64,000 nt of DNA from Amphiscolops sp. MND2022. Its lineage: Eukaryota. Where the stretch lies: NCBI GenBank assembly GCA_964187785.1, contig OZ076409.1, positions 38,070,001 through 38,134,000 of the forward strand. The letters run 5' to 3'. The notes under the pieces are model-generated. The model saw only the letters and a list, made by a program, of their open reading frames with translations. It searched no databases and was not told the DNA's origin. How positions within the stretch are numbered: the stretch's first letter is position 1; each line of letters opens with the position of its first letter. Of this stretch, positions 53,624 to 64,000 are shown in pieces. The position numbers and the translations under genes were made by a program.

Positions 53624-55595
53624 TAGCCCGGGATGTACGGGCGTCGTTAGGTATGTATTTGGTATACATCGTCGAAGGGCATGCCTCGGCATGCCCACAG
53701 ACGGTGGGCGTTGATGTAAAGTGTGTGGCGTTGACGTTAATTAAACTATGTTATGAAGTTTTAGCTTGAATAATGAAACGTAATAATCAATTTGAACTTT
53801 TATTACCTGTTATATACAATTCAATCAATACCATTTGTTTGGTAAAGAAGTTTTCTGGCTTTTAGAACACATTTGAAATGTAAAAAATTAATTTTATCAA
53901 CAGTTTGTTAACTACTATTCTAATAACGGAATCATCACGACGTAGTTTTTGTCGTTGGCAAACTTTTCTTGAAGCTCTAATTGATTCTAAATTGATACAA
54001 ACATACCCAAAAACACACTTGATTAACGATTATTGAAGGATAGCCCCTCCAAGTTGACACCAGGCCAACTTGAAAGGCTATCATAAAGTAACGGTTATGT
54101 TGGTTGAGGTTTCGGAGTCTCTGAAACTATATGGAAAAACTTTAATTTTTAAAAATAGTCCATAATAGTCAACAAAAGTACGCCGAAAGACATTTTAAAA
54201 CCAAAAAACCTATCCTGTCTCCAACGGTTTGGACTTCCGGTGCTATATACCGTTACCCCCCGTAAGGTTTCATGACTATGTTCACTACTGCAGACCGTCG
54301 AAACACCTAATAGGTACTTTTATTCATAAAACACCAAACATTTGTACTCAATAGACACAAAATTTGACCATTTCCGGTCGTTTACGGTACCAGGGGGACT
54401 TTGGGGTCAACATAACGGTTATTTCCGAATGCTCGCCTCACGTCCTCCCTTGCCTCATATAGTGTCCAAGCACCTATTACCACTCCTTCCGCACCTAATT
54501 GCCCTTCAAAAAGCACAAAAATCGCAATTTTACCCACATAACGGTCATTTCCGGTCACAAGGGGTAACGGGGGGTGACTGAAACTATATCCCCCAACTCG
54601 TCTCATTGAGTACTACAATAAGTTACCTAACGATGCCGCGCTCGGACTGACCCTTTGGGCTCAAAAAGTGACATTTCCGGTAACATAGCGGTTAGGCTGG
54701 GGGGCCAAGTCGGTAACGGTGATAGATAGCGGAAATCTGTTTGCCCCCCTGAAGGCACCATATGATGGGCATGAAACCTTGTAGTAGTGAAGGACACGAT
54801 TGCTCCACGCGTTCACGAGATATTTACCCCTCAATGCCCATTTTACGGTTTTAGCAGTAAAAAAAGGAGGCGGAAGCGCCATTTCCCGCTAACGGGTTGG
54901 TCCAGGGGGTCCCAAACCACATGTTTCCGATAGGTCCTTGTCTAAACCTACTTTTGATATATGACACCCGACGCGCTAATCCCACTCCTTCACACCGGAA
55001 ATAGCGGTAAAACGTGGAGGGGGGCATTTTTCACGCTCATATAACGGTCATTTCCCGTCCGGGGGGTAAATTGAGGTTGGCAAACTACTTGTCCCCCACT
55101 TCGTCTCAAGGCCGTCCCCAATACATCACCTAACGACCCCGCGCTCAGACGACTCCTTCCGGGTCAAAAACCTGCGTTTCCGGAAAAATAACGGTTTGAG
55201 CGGGGGGGGTACTTGGAGATAGCTTCAAGATAGAAAATTTTGGTTTGGACCTTCGGGGCCCCTGCAACACGGTCAAGAAACTTTTAGCAGGGTTCCAAAG
55301 TTTTTAATCAACAGAAAAAAAGTTATGTGGCCCAATATGAATTTTACCCCTAAAATGACCCCCTAACGGTCGCCCGTGTGGCCAGAAAAAAATTTTCCGG
55401 GGTATGGAACCCGGTGGGGGGCGCTAATTTTCGGAAAATCTGGTGGGGGCCGCTCCAACTTTAAAATCCTATGGTTAGATCACGAGATCCCGAAATTTTT
55501 GCAAGATTTCCTATCGATAGCTATTAGAGTTAAAATCGGATTCAGGACCCTACCCGAATCCTCCAATATATTTGTTGGGGTTTCCCCCCCGCACC
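53624..55595 (+). mobile_element. Class C1 cassette (1972 bp), isolated among B units
   Basis: Starts TAGCCCGGGATGTACGGGCG like 17147-19115 and has the same end type. Confidence 0.7.
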
Positions 55596-58500
55596 TAGCT
55601 GCTACCGCGCTCCAGGTATATCTTGGTATACGTCGTCGAAGGGCATGCCTCGGCATGCCCACGGACGGTGGGCGTTGATGCAAGTAGGGGGGCGCTGACG
55701 TTAGAGATGAGTTGTGGTATGCTGAGTTTCAAAGTAAGTAAGAAACGTTCATTTTGTCGAGTCACAGAGGGCAAAAAGAAGTTTTCTGCGACAAACTGAA
55801 ACCATTTGCAATCCCTTTTGTGTTGTGGAAGATATAGTCCGTAGTTCCTGACCTTTAGCGAGTACATTCTCATCTCCCCCGGGAAGGGAGATGGAATGTA
55901 CTCAACTGTTTCAAGTTATTTGATGAGAAAAAAATGAATAAATACACAAAAAAATTGTTATTATAGAAACGAAAATTACGTGAAAAGACACCAAAGGGTG
56001 ATAATGGACAGCGAAACTGCAATGAAACACGTTTTGAGCAAAACATGTTGTATCTCAATGGCTTTCAGATGGGATAAATACTCAAAACATCAATTTTCCG
56101 TATCTAACGGTCACCTTCAAAACGACAAAAGTCAATGTCAAGTTACGATAAAAAGACGTTCTAAACGGCATTTTTCTCGTTTAAACAAGGGCTTTCCACA
56201 TGCATTCACTTGCTTTACTGGTTGGGGGGTCTTTTCCCCCACTTTGAGGGCCCAAATAACGGAAAAATTTTTTTTTGAAAATTTTTGAACTTTTCTAAGT
56301 CCCACAACTTTTCGCCCGGGAATGCTGGAACGCTGAAACTCCGTATTTAGGGCCAAATGGTTTTGTTGGGAATAAAACCGGCCAGGGGAGGCCTTTAGGC
56401 GATTGCATTTTCGAAAAAATGGCAAAGATAAGCTGGACCGTTAGAAAAATGAAACCCCCCCGCTCCGGAAAAACGCTATATCTCCTCGAGTTTAAGTCCG
56501 ATTGAGCTGAAAATTTCACACAGCATTCCTGAGACAGTTTGCAAACTTTCGTCAGCAAGGTTTGGAAGCGCTAGCGTGTACCCGTGGCGAGATATAAGAT
56601 GAAATTTAAAAAAAGTTGAAAATTTTACCCCAAAAACCGTTATTTTGGTCAACAAAAAATGTTTAGCGGGAAAAACGTCAGTAGGGAATCATCTTCACCG
56701 TGCCGAGGGGGGTACGTGTGCCAAATTTCAGCCAAATCGTATGGCTAGTTTACGAGATCCCAATTTTTTGTCGCGTTTTCATCGGTTGAAAGACCCGATA
56801 CCACGGAAGCGCGTCAGGGACCCTCCCCAACCGCGCAACTTCCCCCATTGTGTAAAAAAACACCGGCACCTAGCCGCTACCGCGCTTGGGAGTATATTTT
56901 GGTGCGGGTCGTCGAAGGGCATGCCTCGGCATGCCCACGGACGGGGGGCGTTGATAAATATGGGGGCGTTGATATAAAATAATTGTCGTTGTGAGCAACT
57001 TGGTATAAAAAGGCACGTGCTGATTTTTCTGCATATCCAGACAGATTACCAAGATATAACTCTATCAAAATGTCGAAACCAATATGCAATCTTTATACTG
57101 CGTAGCTCGGGAAGGTAAGGGCCATAGTTCGGGGCTTTTTGCGAGTACATTCTCATCTCCCCCGGGAAGGGAGATGGAATGTACTCAACTGTTTCAAGTT
57201 ATTTGATGAGAAAAAAATAAATAAATACACAAAATTTTTTATTATATCAACAAAAAAATATGTAAAACGACAACAAAGGGTGTTGATTGACTGCCAAACT
57301 GAAATGAATTACGTTTTGGGCAAATCAGATTGCATCTGAATGGCTTTCAGATCAAATAAATACTCATAACGTTTACTTTTCACGTGCTTCACACCTCTTT
57401 ACATCACCTTCAAAACGTCATAAGTCAACGTTGAGTAAAGATAAAAAGACGTTCTAAACGACATTTTTCTCCTCTAAACAAGCGCTTTGCACATGCATTC
57501 ACTCAAAATACTGGTTGGGGGGTCCTTTCCCCCACATTGGGGGCCCAAATAACGGAAAAAAATTTTTTGAAACTTTTTGAAATTTTCTAAGTCCCACAAC
57601 TTTTCGCCCGGAAATGCTAGAACGCTGAAACCCCGTATTTAGGGCCAAATGGTTTTTTTGGGAGTAAAACCGGCCAGGGGAGGCCTTTAGGCGAGTGCAT
57701 TTTCGAAAAAATGGCAAAGATACGCTGGACCGTTAGAAAAATGAAACCCCCCCGCTCCGGAAAAACGCTATATCTCCTCGAGTTTAAGTCCGATTGAGCT
57801 GAAAATTTCACACCGCATTCCTGAGACAGTTTGCAAACTTTCGTCAGCAAGGTTTTGAAGCGCTAGCGTAAACCTGGGGCGAGATATAAGATGAAATTTA
57901 AAAAAAGTTGAAAATTTTCCACCAAAAACCGTTATTTTGGTCAACAAAAAATGTTTAGCGGGCAAAACGTCAGTAGGGAATCATCTTCACCGTGCCGAGG
58001 GGGGTACGTGTGCCAAATTTCAGCCAAATCGTATGGATAGTTTACGAGATCGGAGATAACTGGGGTGTGAATTTGGAGTAGGAAAACCGAAAACACAGGA
58101 GCGCGCCAGGGGCCCTACCCACACGCGCAGAATTCCTTATCGAATGGAAATCCCGGCACCTAGCTGCTACCGCGCTCGGGGCATATTTTGGTGCACGTCG
58201 TCGAAGGGCATGCCTCGGCATGCCCACGGACGGGGGGCGTTGATTTTTGTGGGGGGCGTTGATTTAAATTAATTGTCGTTGCGAGCAACTTGGTATAAAA
58301 TGGCACGTGCTGATTTTTCTGCAAATCCAGACATATTACCAAGATACAACTCCATTAAAATGTCTGGACCATTATGTTATCTTTATACTGCGTATCTCGG
58401 GAAGGTATGGGCCGTAGTTCGCGGCTTTTTGCGAGTACATTCTCATCTCCCCCGGGAAGGGAGATGGAATGTACTCAACTGTTTCAAGTAAAAATATAAG

Positions 58501-61500
58501 AAAAAAAAATTAATGGAAAGTAAGAAAAGTAATCAAAATTTATTAATTTTCAGGAGAAAAGTTTTTTAAACAGAGTAAAAAGACACCAAAATGCGTTTAA
58601 ACGATACCAAACTATTAGAAACCACGCTCTGGGCTTCACAGCGTGTGATTCAATGACTTTCTGATGAAATAAAATCAAAAAAATTCCTTTTTTTACATGC
58701 TTCACACGTCCAAACATCACCTTTAAAGCTTCATAAGTCAATGTCAGGTTGAGATATAAAGACGTTCTAAACGGCAATTTTTTCGTCTAAACATGGCCTT
58801 TCCACATGAATTCACTCAAATTACTGGTTGGGGGGTCTTTTCCCCTAGGGGGGGAGGGCGGAAAACGGAAAAAAAAAATTTTTGAAAATTTTTGAATTTT
58901 TCTAAGTCCCACAACTTTTCGCCCGGGAATGCTGGAACGCTGAAACTCCGTATTTAGGGCCAAATGGTTTTGCTGGGAATAAAACCGGCCAGGGGAGGTC
59001 TTTAGGCGAGTACATTTTCGAAAAAATGGCAAAGATAAGCTGGACCGTTAGAAAAATGAAACCCCCCCGCTCCGGAAAAACGCTATATCTCCCCGAGTTT
59101 AAGTCCGATTGAGCTGAAAATTTCACACCGCATTCCTGAGACAGTTTGCAAGCTTTCTTTAGCAGGGTTTTGAAGCGCTAGCGTAAACCGGTGGCGAGAT
59201 ATAAGATAAAATTTAAAAAAAATTCAAAATTTTACCCCAAAAACCGTTATTTTGGACAACAAAAAAAATTTTGCGGGAAAAACGTCAGTAGGAAATCATC
59301 TTCACCGTGCCGAGGGGAGTACGTGTGCCAAATTTCAGCCAAATCGTGTGGCTAGTTTACGAGATCCCGAAAAATCGACCCCTATTTCCTAGCTGGTGAA
59401 CACCATACCCAAGAGCGCGCCAGGGACCCTACCCACACGCGCCACATACTTTATCGAATAGAAATCCCGGCACCTAGCGGCTACCGCGCTCGGGAGCATA
59501 TTTTGGTATACGTCGTCGAAGGGCATGCCTCGGCATGCCCACGGACGGTGGGCGTTGATGTGAACTATGGGGCGTTGACGTAAAAGAGATGGCGTTGTTA
59601 AGATACTTGATATAAAAGAGCACGTGCGGCATTTTCTTCATTTCCAGTCAAATTACAAAGATAAAATTATGTCAAAATATCTGGATCAAAACGCAATTTT
59701 TATGGGGCGTTGCTCGGGGAAGGTAAGTACTGTAGTACCTGGTCTCTAAAGAGTACATTCTCATCTCCCCCGTGAAGGGAGATGGAATGTACTCAACTGT
59801 TTCGAGTCATGAGATCAGAAAAAAAATGTGAATAATTATAAATAATTTTTGATTTTAGTCGGAAAATTTTTTTAAAACAGAGTCAAAAGACACAAAAAAG
59901 TGTTGATGCATTGCTAAATTAGAATTAAACACGTTCTGAGTCACACACCGTGTATCTCAATGACTTTTAGAAGAGCTAAAGACACAATAAATTACCTTTT
60001 CACATGCTTCACACATCCAAACATCACCTTCAAAACAACATAAGTCAACGACAGGTTAAAATAAAAAGACAATCTAAACGGCATTTTTCTTCTCTAAACA
60101 TGGCCTTTCCACATGAATTCACTCAAATTACTGGTTGGGGGGTCTTTTCCCCTCGGGGGGGAGGGCGGAAAACGGAAAAAAATTTTTTGAAAAATTTTGA
60201 AATTTTTCTAAGTCCCACAACTTTTCGCCCGGGAATGCTGGAACGCTGAAACTCCGTATTTAGGGCCAAATGGTTTTGCTGGGATTAAAACCGGCCAGGG
60301 GAGGCCTTTAGGCGAGTGCATTTTCGAAAAAATGGCAAAGATAAGCTGGACCGTTAGAAAAATGAAACCCCCCCCGCTCCGGAAAAACGCTATATCTCCT
60401 CGAGTTTAAGTCCGATTGAGCTGAAAATTTCACACCGCATTCCTGAGACAGTTTGCAAACTTTCGTCAGCAAGGTTTGGAAGCGCTAGCGTGTACCCGTG
60501 GCGAGATATAAGATGAAGTTTAAAAAAAGTTGAAAATTTTACCCCAAAAACCGTTATTTTGGTCAACAAAAAATGTTTAGCGGGAAAAACGTCAGTAGGG
60601 AATCATCTTCACCGTGCCGAGGGGGGTACGTGTGACAAATTTCAGCCAAATCGTATGGCTAGTTTACGAGATCCCAATTTTTTATGTCGTTTTCATCGGT
60701 TGAAAGACCCGATACCACGGAAGCGCGTCAGGGACCCTCCCCAACCGCGCAACATCCCCCATTGTGTAAAAAAACACCGGCACCTAGCGGCTACCGCGTT
60801 CGAATATATTTTGCTATACGTCGTCGAAGGGCATGCCTCGGCATGCCCACGGACGGGGGGCGTTGATGTGTGTGGGGGGCGTTGACGTTAGAGATGAGTT
60901 GTGGTATGGTGAGATTCAAAGTAAGTAAGAAACGTTCACTTTGTCGAGTCACAGAGTGCAAAAAGAAGTTTTCTGCGACAAACTGAAACAATTTGCAATC
61001 TCTTTTGTGTTGTGGAAGATATAGACCGTAGTTCCTGACCTTTAGCGAGTACATTCTCATCTCCCCCGGGAAGGGAGATGGAATGTACTCAACTGTTTCA
61101 AGTTATTTGATGAGAAAAAAATGAATAAATACACAAAGAAATTGTTATTATAGAAAAAAAAATTACGTCAAAAGACACCAAAGGGTGTTAATGGACAGCG
61201 AAACTGCAATGAAACACGTTTTGAGCAAAACATGTTGTATCTCAATGGCTTTCAGATGGGATAAACACTCAAAACATCAATTTTCCGTATCTAACGGTCA
61301 CCTTCAAAACGACAAAAGTCAATGTCAAGTTACAATAAAAAAACGTTCTAAACGCCATTTTTCTCGTCTAAACAAGGGCTTTCCACATGCATTCACTTGC
61401 TTTACTGGTTGGGGGGTCTTTTGCCCCACTTTGGGGGCCCAAATAACGGAAAAAATTTTTTTGAAAATTTTTGAAATTTTCTAAGTCCCACAACTTTTCG

Positions 61501-64000
61501 CCCGGGAATGCTGGAACGCTGAAACTCCGTATTTAGGGCCAAATGGTTTTGCTGGGAATAAAACCGGCCAGGGGAGGCCTTTAGGCGAGTGCATTTTCGA
61601 AAAAATGGCAAAGATAAGCTGGACCGTTAGAAAAATGAAACCCCCCCGCTCCGGAAAAACGCTATATCTCCTCGAGTTTAAGTCCGATTGGGCTGAAATT
61701 TTCACACCGCATTCCTGAGACAGTTTGTAAACTTTCGTCAGCAAGGTTTTGAAGCGCTAGCGTAAACCTGGGGCGAGATATAAGATGAAATTTAAAAAAA
61801 GTTGAAAATTTTCCACCAAAAACCGTTATTTTGGTCAACAAAAAATGTTTAGCGGGCAAAACGTCAGTAGGGAATCATCTTCACCGTGCCGAGGGGGGTA
61901 CGTGTGCCAAATTTCAGCCAAATCGTGTGGCTAGTTTACGAGATCGTCGAAATCACATCGTGAATTTGGAGTAGGTGTACCCGAAATAAAAGAGCGCGCC
62001 AGGGGCCCTACCCACACGCGCCACATACTCGAACGAATAGTAATCCCGGCACCTAGCGAAAATGACTGCGTGGCACTGGGCATTTGGCATACGTCGTCGA
62101 AGGGCATGCCTCGGCATGCCCACGGACGGTGGGCGTTGATGCAAGCAGGGGGGCGTTGACGTTGGAGGTGGATTGTAGTAGTAAAGTCAAGTAATGTATT
62201 TCAAGTATATGAATTTTTAAAAAATTCCGAAAAAATACAAAAACAAGTCTGTAAGAAGATAAAAAACGCGGGTTTCAAACTTTTGGTCATGGCGCTGGGT
62301 CTTTAGCGAGTACATTCTCATCTCCCCCGAAAGGGAGATGAAATGTACTCAACTGTTTTGAGTTATAAGATGATAAAAATTGGAATAAATACATTAAAAT
62401 TGTTAATATATCGACGAAAAGTATGTTTATATGACACCAAAGGGTATTGGTGCACTGGAAAATTACAACGAAAGACGTTTTGAGCAGGACAGCTTGCATC
62501 TCAACCGCTTTCATATGAGATAAAGACTCAAAACATCAACTTTTCACATGCCTCCTACATCCTTACATCACATTCAAAACGTCATAAGTCAACGTTGAGT
62601 CAAGATAAAAAGATGTTCTAAACGGTATTTTTCTCGTCAAAACAAGGGCTTTTGACATGCATTCACTCAAATTACTGGTTGGGGGGTCGTTTCCCCTTCA
62701 TTGGGGGCCCGGAAAACGAAAAAAAAATTTTTGAAAATTTTTGAAAATTTTCCAAGTCCCACAACTTTTCGCCCGGGAATGCTGGAACGCTGAAACTCCG
62801 TATTTAGGGCCAAATGGTTTTGCTGGGAGTAAATTCGGCCAGGGGGAGGCCTTTAGGCGAGTACATTTTCGAAAAAATGGCAAAGATAAGCTGGACCGTT
62901 AGAAAAGGTTCCCCAAAAATACCGTTATTTCTCCAAGACTACAAGTCCGATCGGAACGGGCCCAAGTTCACCGTACAGCCTCAACACCCTAGAGTTTATA
63001 TTCAGCTTAACGCGTCCCGCTCCGGGCACCTGGGAACGAGATATGGGCTGACAAAGTTGAAAAAAGTGCATTTTTGCCATTTTTGGGACCGTTATTTGCC
63101 CATATCTCCTCTCACAGTGGAATTTGGGAAAAATCACCTCCTACACGTTTTACCTACTCACCAATTCCAGGCCACATGCCAAATTTCAGAAAAATCGTAT
63201 GGCTCAAACTATGAGATCTCGTAGAATTCTGCACGTTTCGGTGAGCATCCAATTCTTCTAGGTCGTCGCGGGGCCCTACCCACTCCTCGATGCAAAAGCA
63301 CGTCGAAAAGACACGGCCACCTAGGCTAACGCGTTAACGCATATCTTGGTATACGTCGTCGAAGGGCATGCCTCGGCATGCCCACGGACGGGGGGCGTTG
63401 ATAAATATGGGGGCGTTGATATAAAATAATTGTCGTTGTAAGCAACTTGGTATTAAAAGGCACGTGCTGATTTTTCTGCATATCCAGACAGATTACCAAG
63501 ATTTAACTCTATGAAAATGTCGGAACCAATATGTAATCCTTATACTGCGTAGCTCGGGAAGGTAAGGGCCGTAGTTCGGTGCTTTTTGCGAGTACATTCT
63601 CATCTCCCCCGGAAGGGGGGATGGAATGTACTCAACTGTTTCAAGTTATTTGATGAGAAAAAAATGAATAAATACACAAAATTTTTTATTATAACAACAA
63701 AAAAATATGTCAAACGACAACAAAGGGTGTTGATTGATTGCCAAACTGCCATGAATTACGTTCTGAGCAAACCATATTGCATCTCAATGGCTTTCAGATC
63801 AGATAAATACTCATAACGTTTACTATTCACGTGCTTTACACCTCCAAACATCACCTTCAAAACGTCATAAGTCAACGTTGAGCCAAGATAAAAAGACGTT
63901 CTAAACGGCATTTTTCTCCTCTAAACAAGGGCTTTGCACATGCATTCACTTGCTTTACTGGTTTGGGGGTCTTTTCCCCCACTTTGGGGGCCCAAATAAC
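55596..64000 (+). mobile_element. Six class B cassettes plus a partial seventh running off the window
   Basis: Units start at 55596, 56871, 58161, 59475, 60785, 62054 and 63322 (partial). Confidence 0.7.

Larger units (their letters stand above)
1..64000 (+). repeat. Heterogeneous head-to-tail array of non-coding cassettes (44 complete units, one 78-bp mini-unit, partial units at both ends)
   Basis: Junctions of form (C)ACC|YAG fall after positions 2332, 3370, 4439 (ACC|AAG), 4517, 5586, 6856, 7921, 8970, 10003, 11293, 12585, 13866, 15153, 17146, 19115, 21089, 23082, 24374, 25668, 26939, 28230, 29517, 30808, 32098, 34113, 35431, 36722, 37991, 40008, 41295, 42577, 43893, 45184, 47199, 48488, 49760, 51047, 52338, 53623, 55595, 56870, 58160, 59474, 60784, 62053 and 63321. 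All units are in the same orientation. Confidence 0.95.

Noticed and set aside
10004..63383. CRISPR array interpretation of the recurring palindrome
   Set aside because: The period is 1.3-2 kb rather than 60-80 bp, the intervening sequences are homologous to one another, and no cas genes are present.
805..63816. All ORFs in the supplied track (60-136 aa), including recurring ones such as MPFFRKCTRLKASPGRF..., MLTKVCKLSQECC... and ...VVEGHASACPRTGG...
   Set aside because: They recur only because the DNA is repeated. They overlap on both strands, are broken by frameshifts and stops between copies, have K/F-rich homopolymer-driven composition, and show no recognisable transposase, recombinase, Rep or RT motif.
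1..64000. rDNA, 5S, histone or snRNA tandem gene cluster
   Set aside because: No recognisable rRNA, snRNA or histone sequence was found in any unit.

Overview
This window has no credible protein-coding or structural RNA gene. Its composition (AT-rich, many poly-A/T tracts, gene-free) suggests eukaryotic, probably animal, DNA, but that is inference. The whole 64 kb is one head-to-tail array of non-coding 'cassettes', all in the same orientation. I count 44 complete units, one 78-bp mini-unit and a partial unit at each end, separated by 46 junctions. The units fall into three size classes with largely different internal sequence: A about 1.03-1.07 kb (6 units), B about 1.27-1.32 kb (30 units) and C about 1.97-2.02 kb (8 units). 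Every junction has the same form: a GGRNCCCTMCCC hairpin about 50-54 nt upstream, then (C)ACC|YAG. Bases left of CACC track with the upstream unit and bases right of it track with the downstream unit, and near-identical cassettes recur with different neighbours. This is unlike a simple satellite. It fits an integron-like array built by site-specific integration or shuffling of non-autonomous elements at a core of 4 bp or less; the mechanism is inference and no enzyme is encoded here. Class B and C cassettes start with a nearly invariant 20-bp palindrome that also matches the p53-family response element. Each class carries its own internal hairpin of about 44-50 nt.
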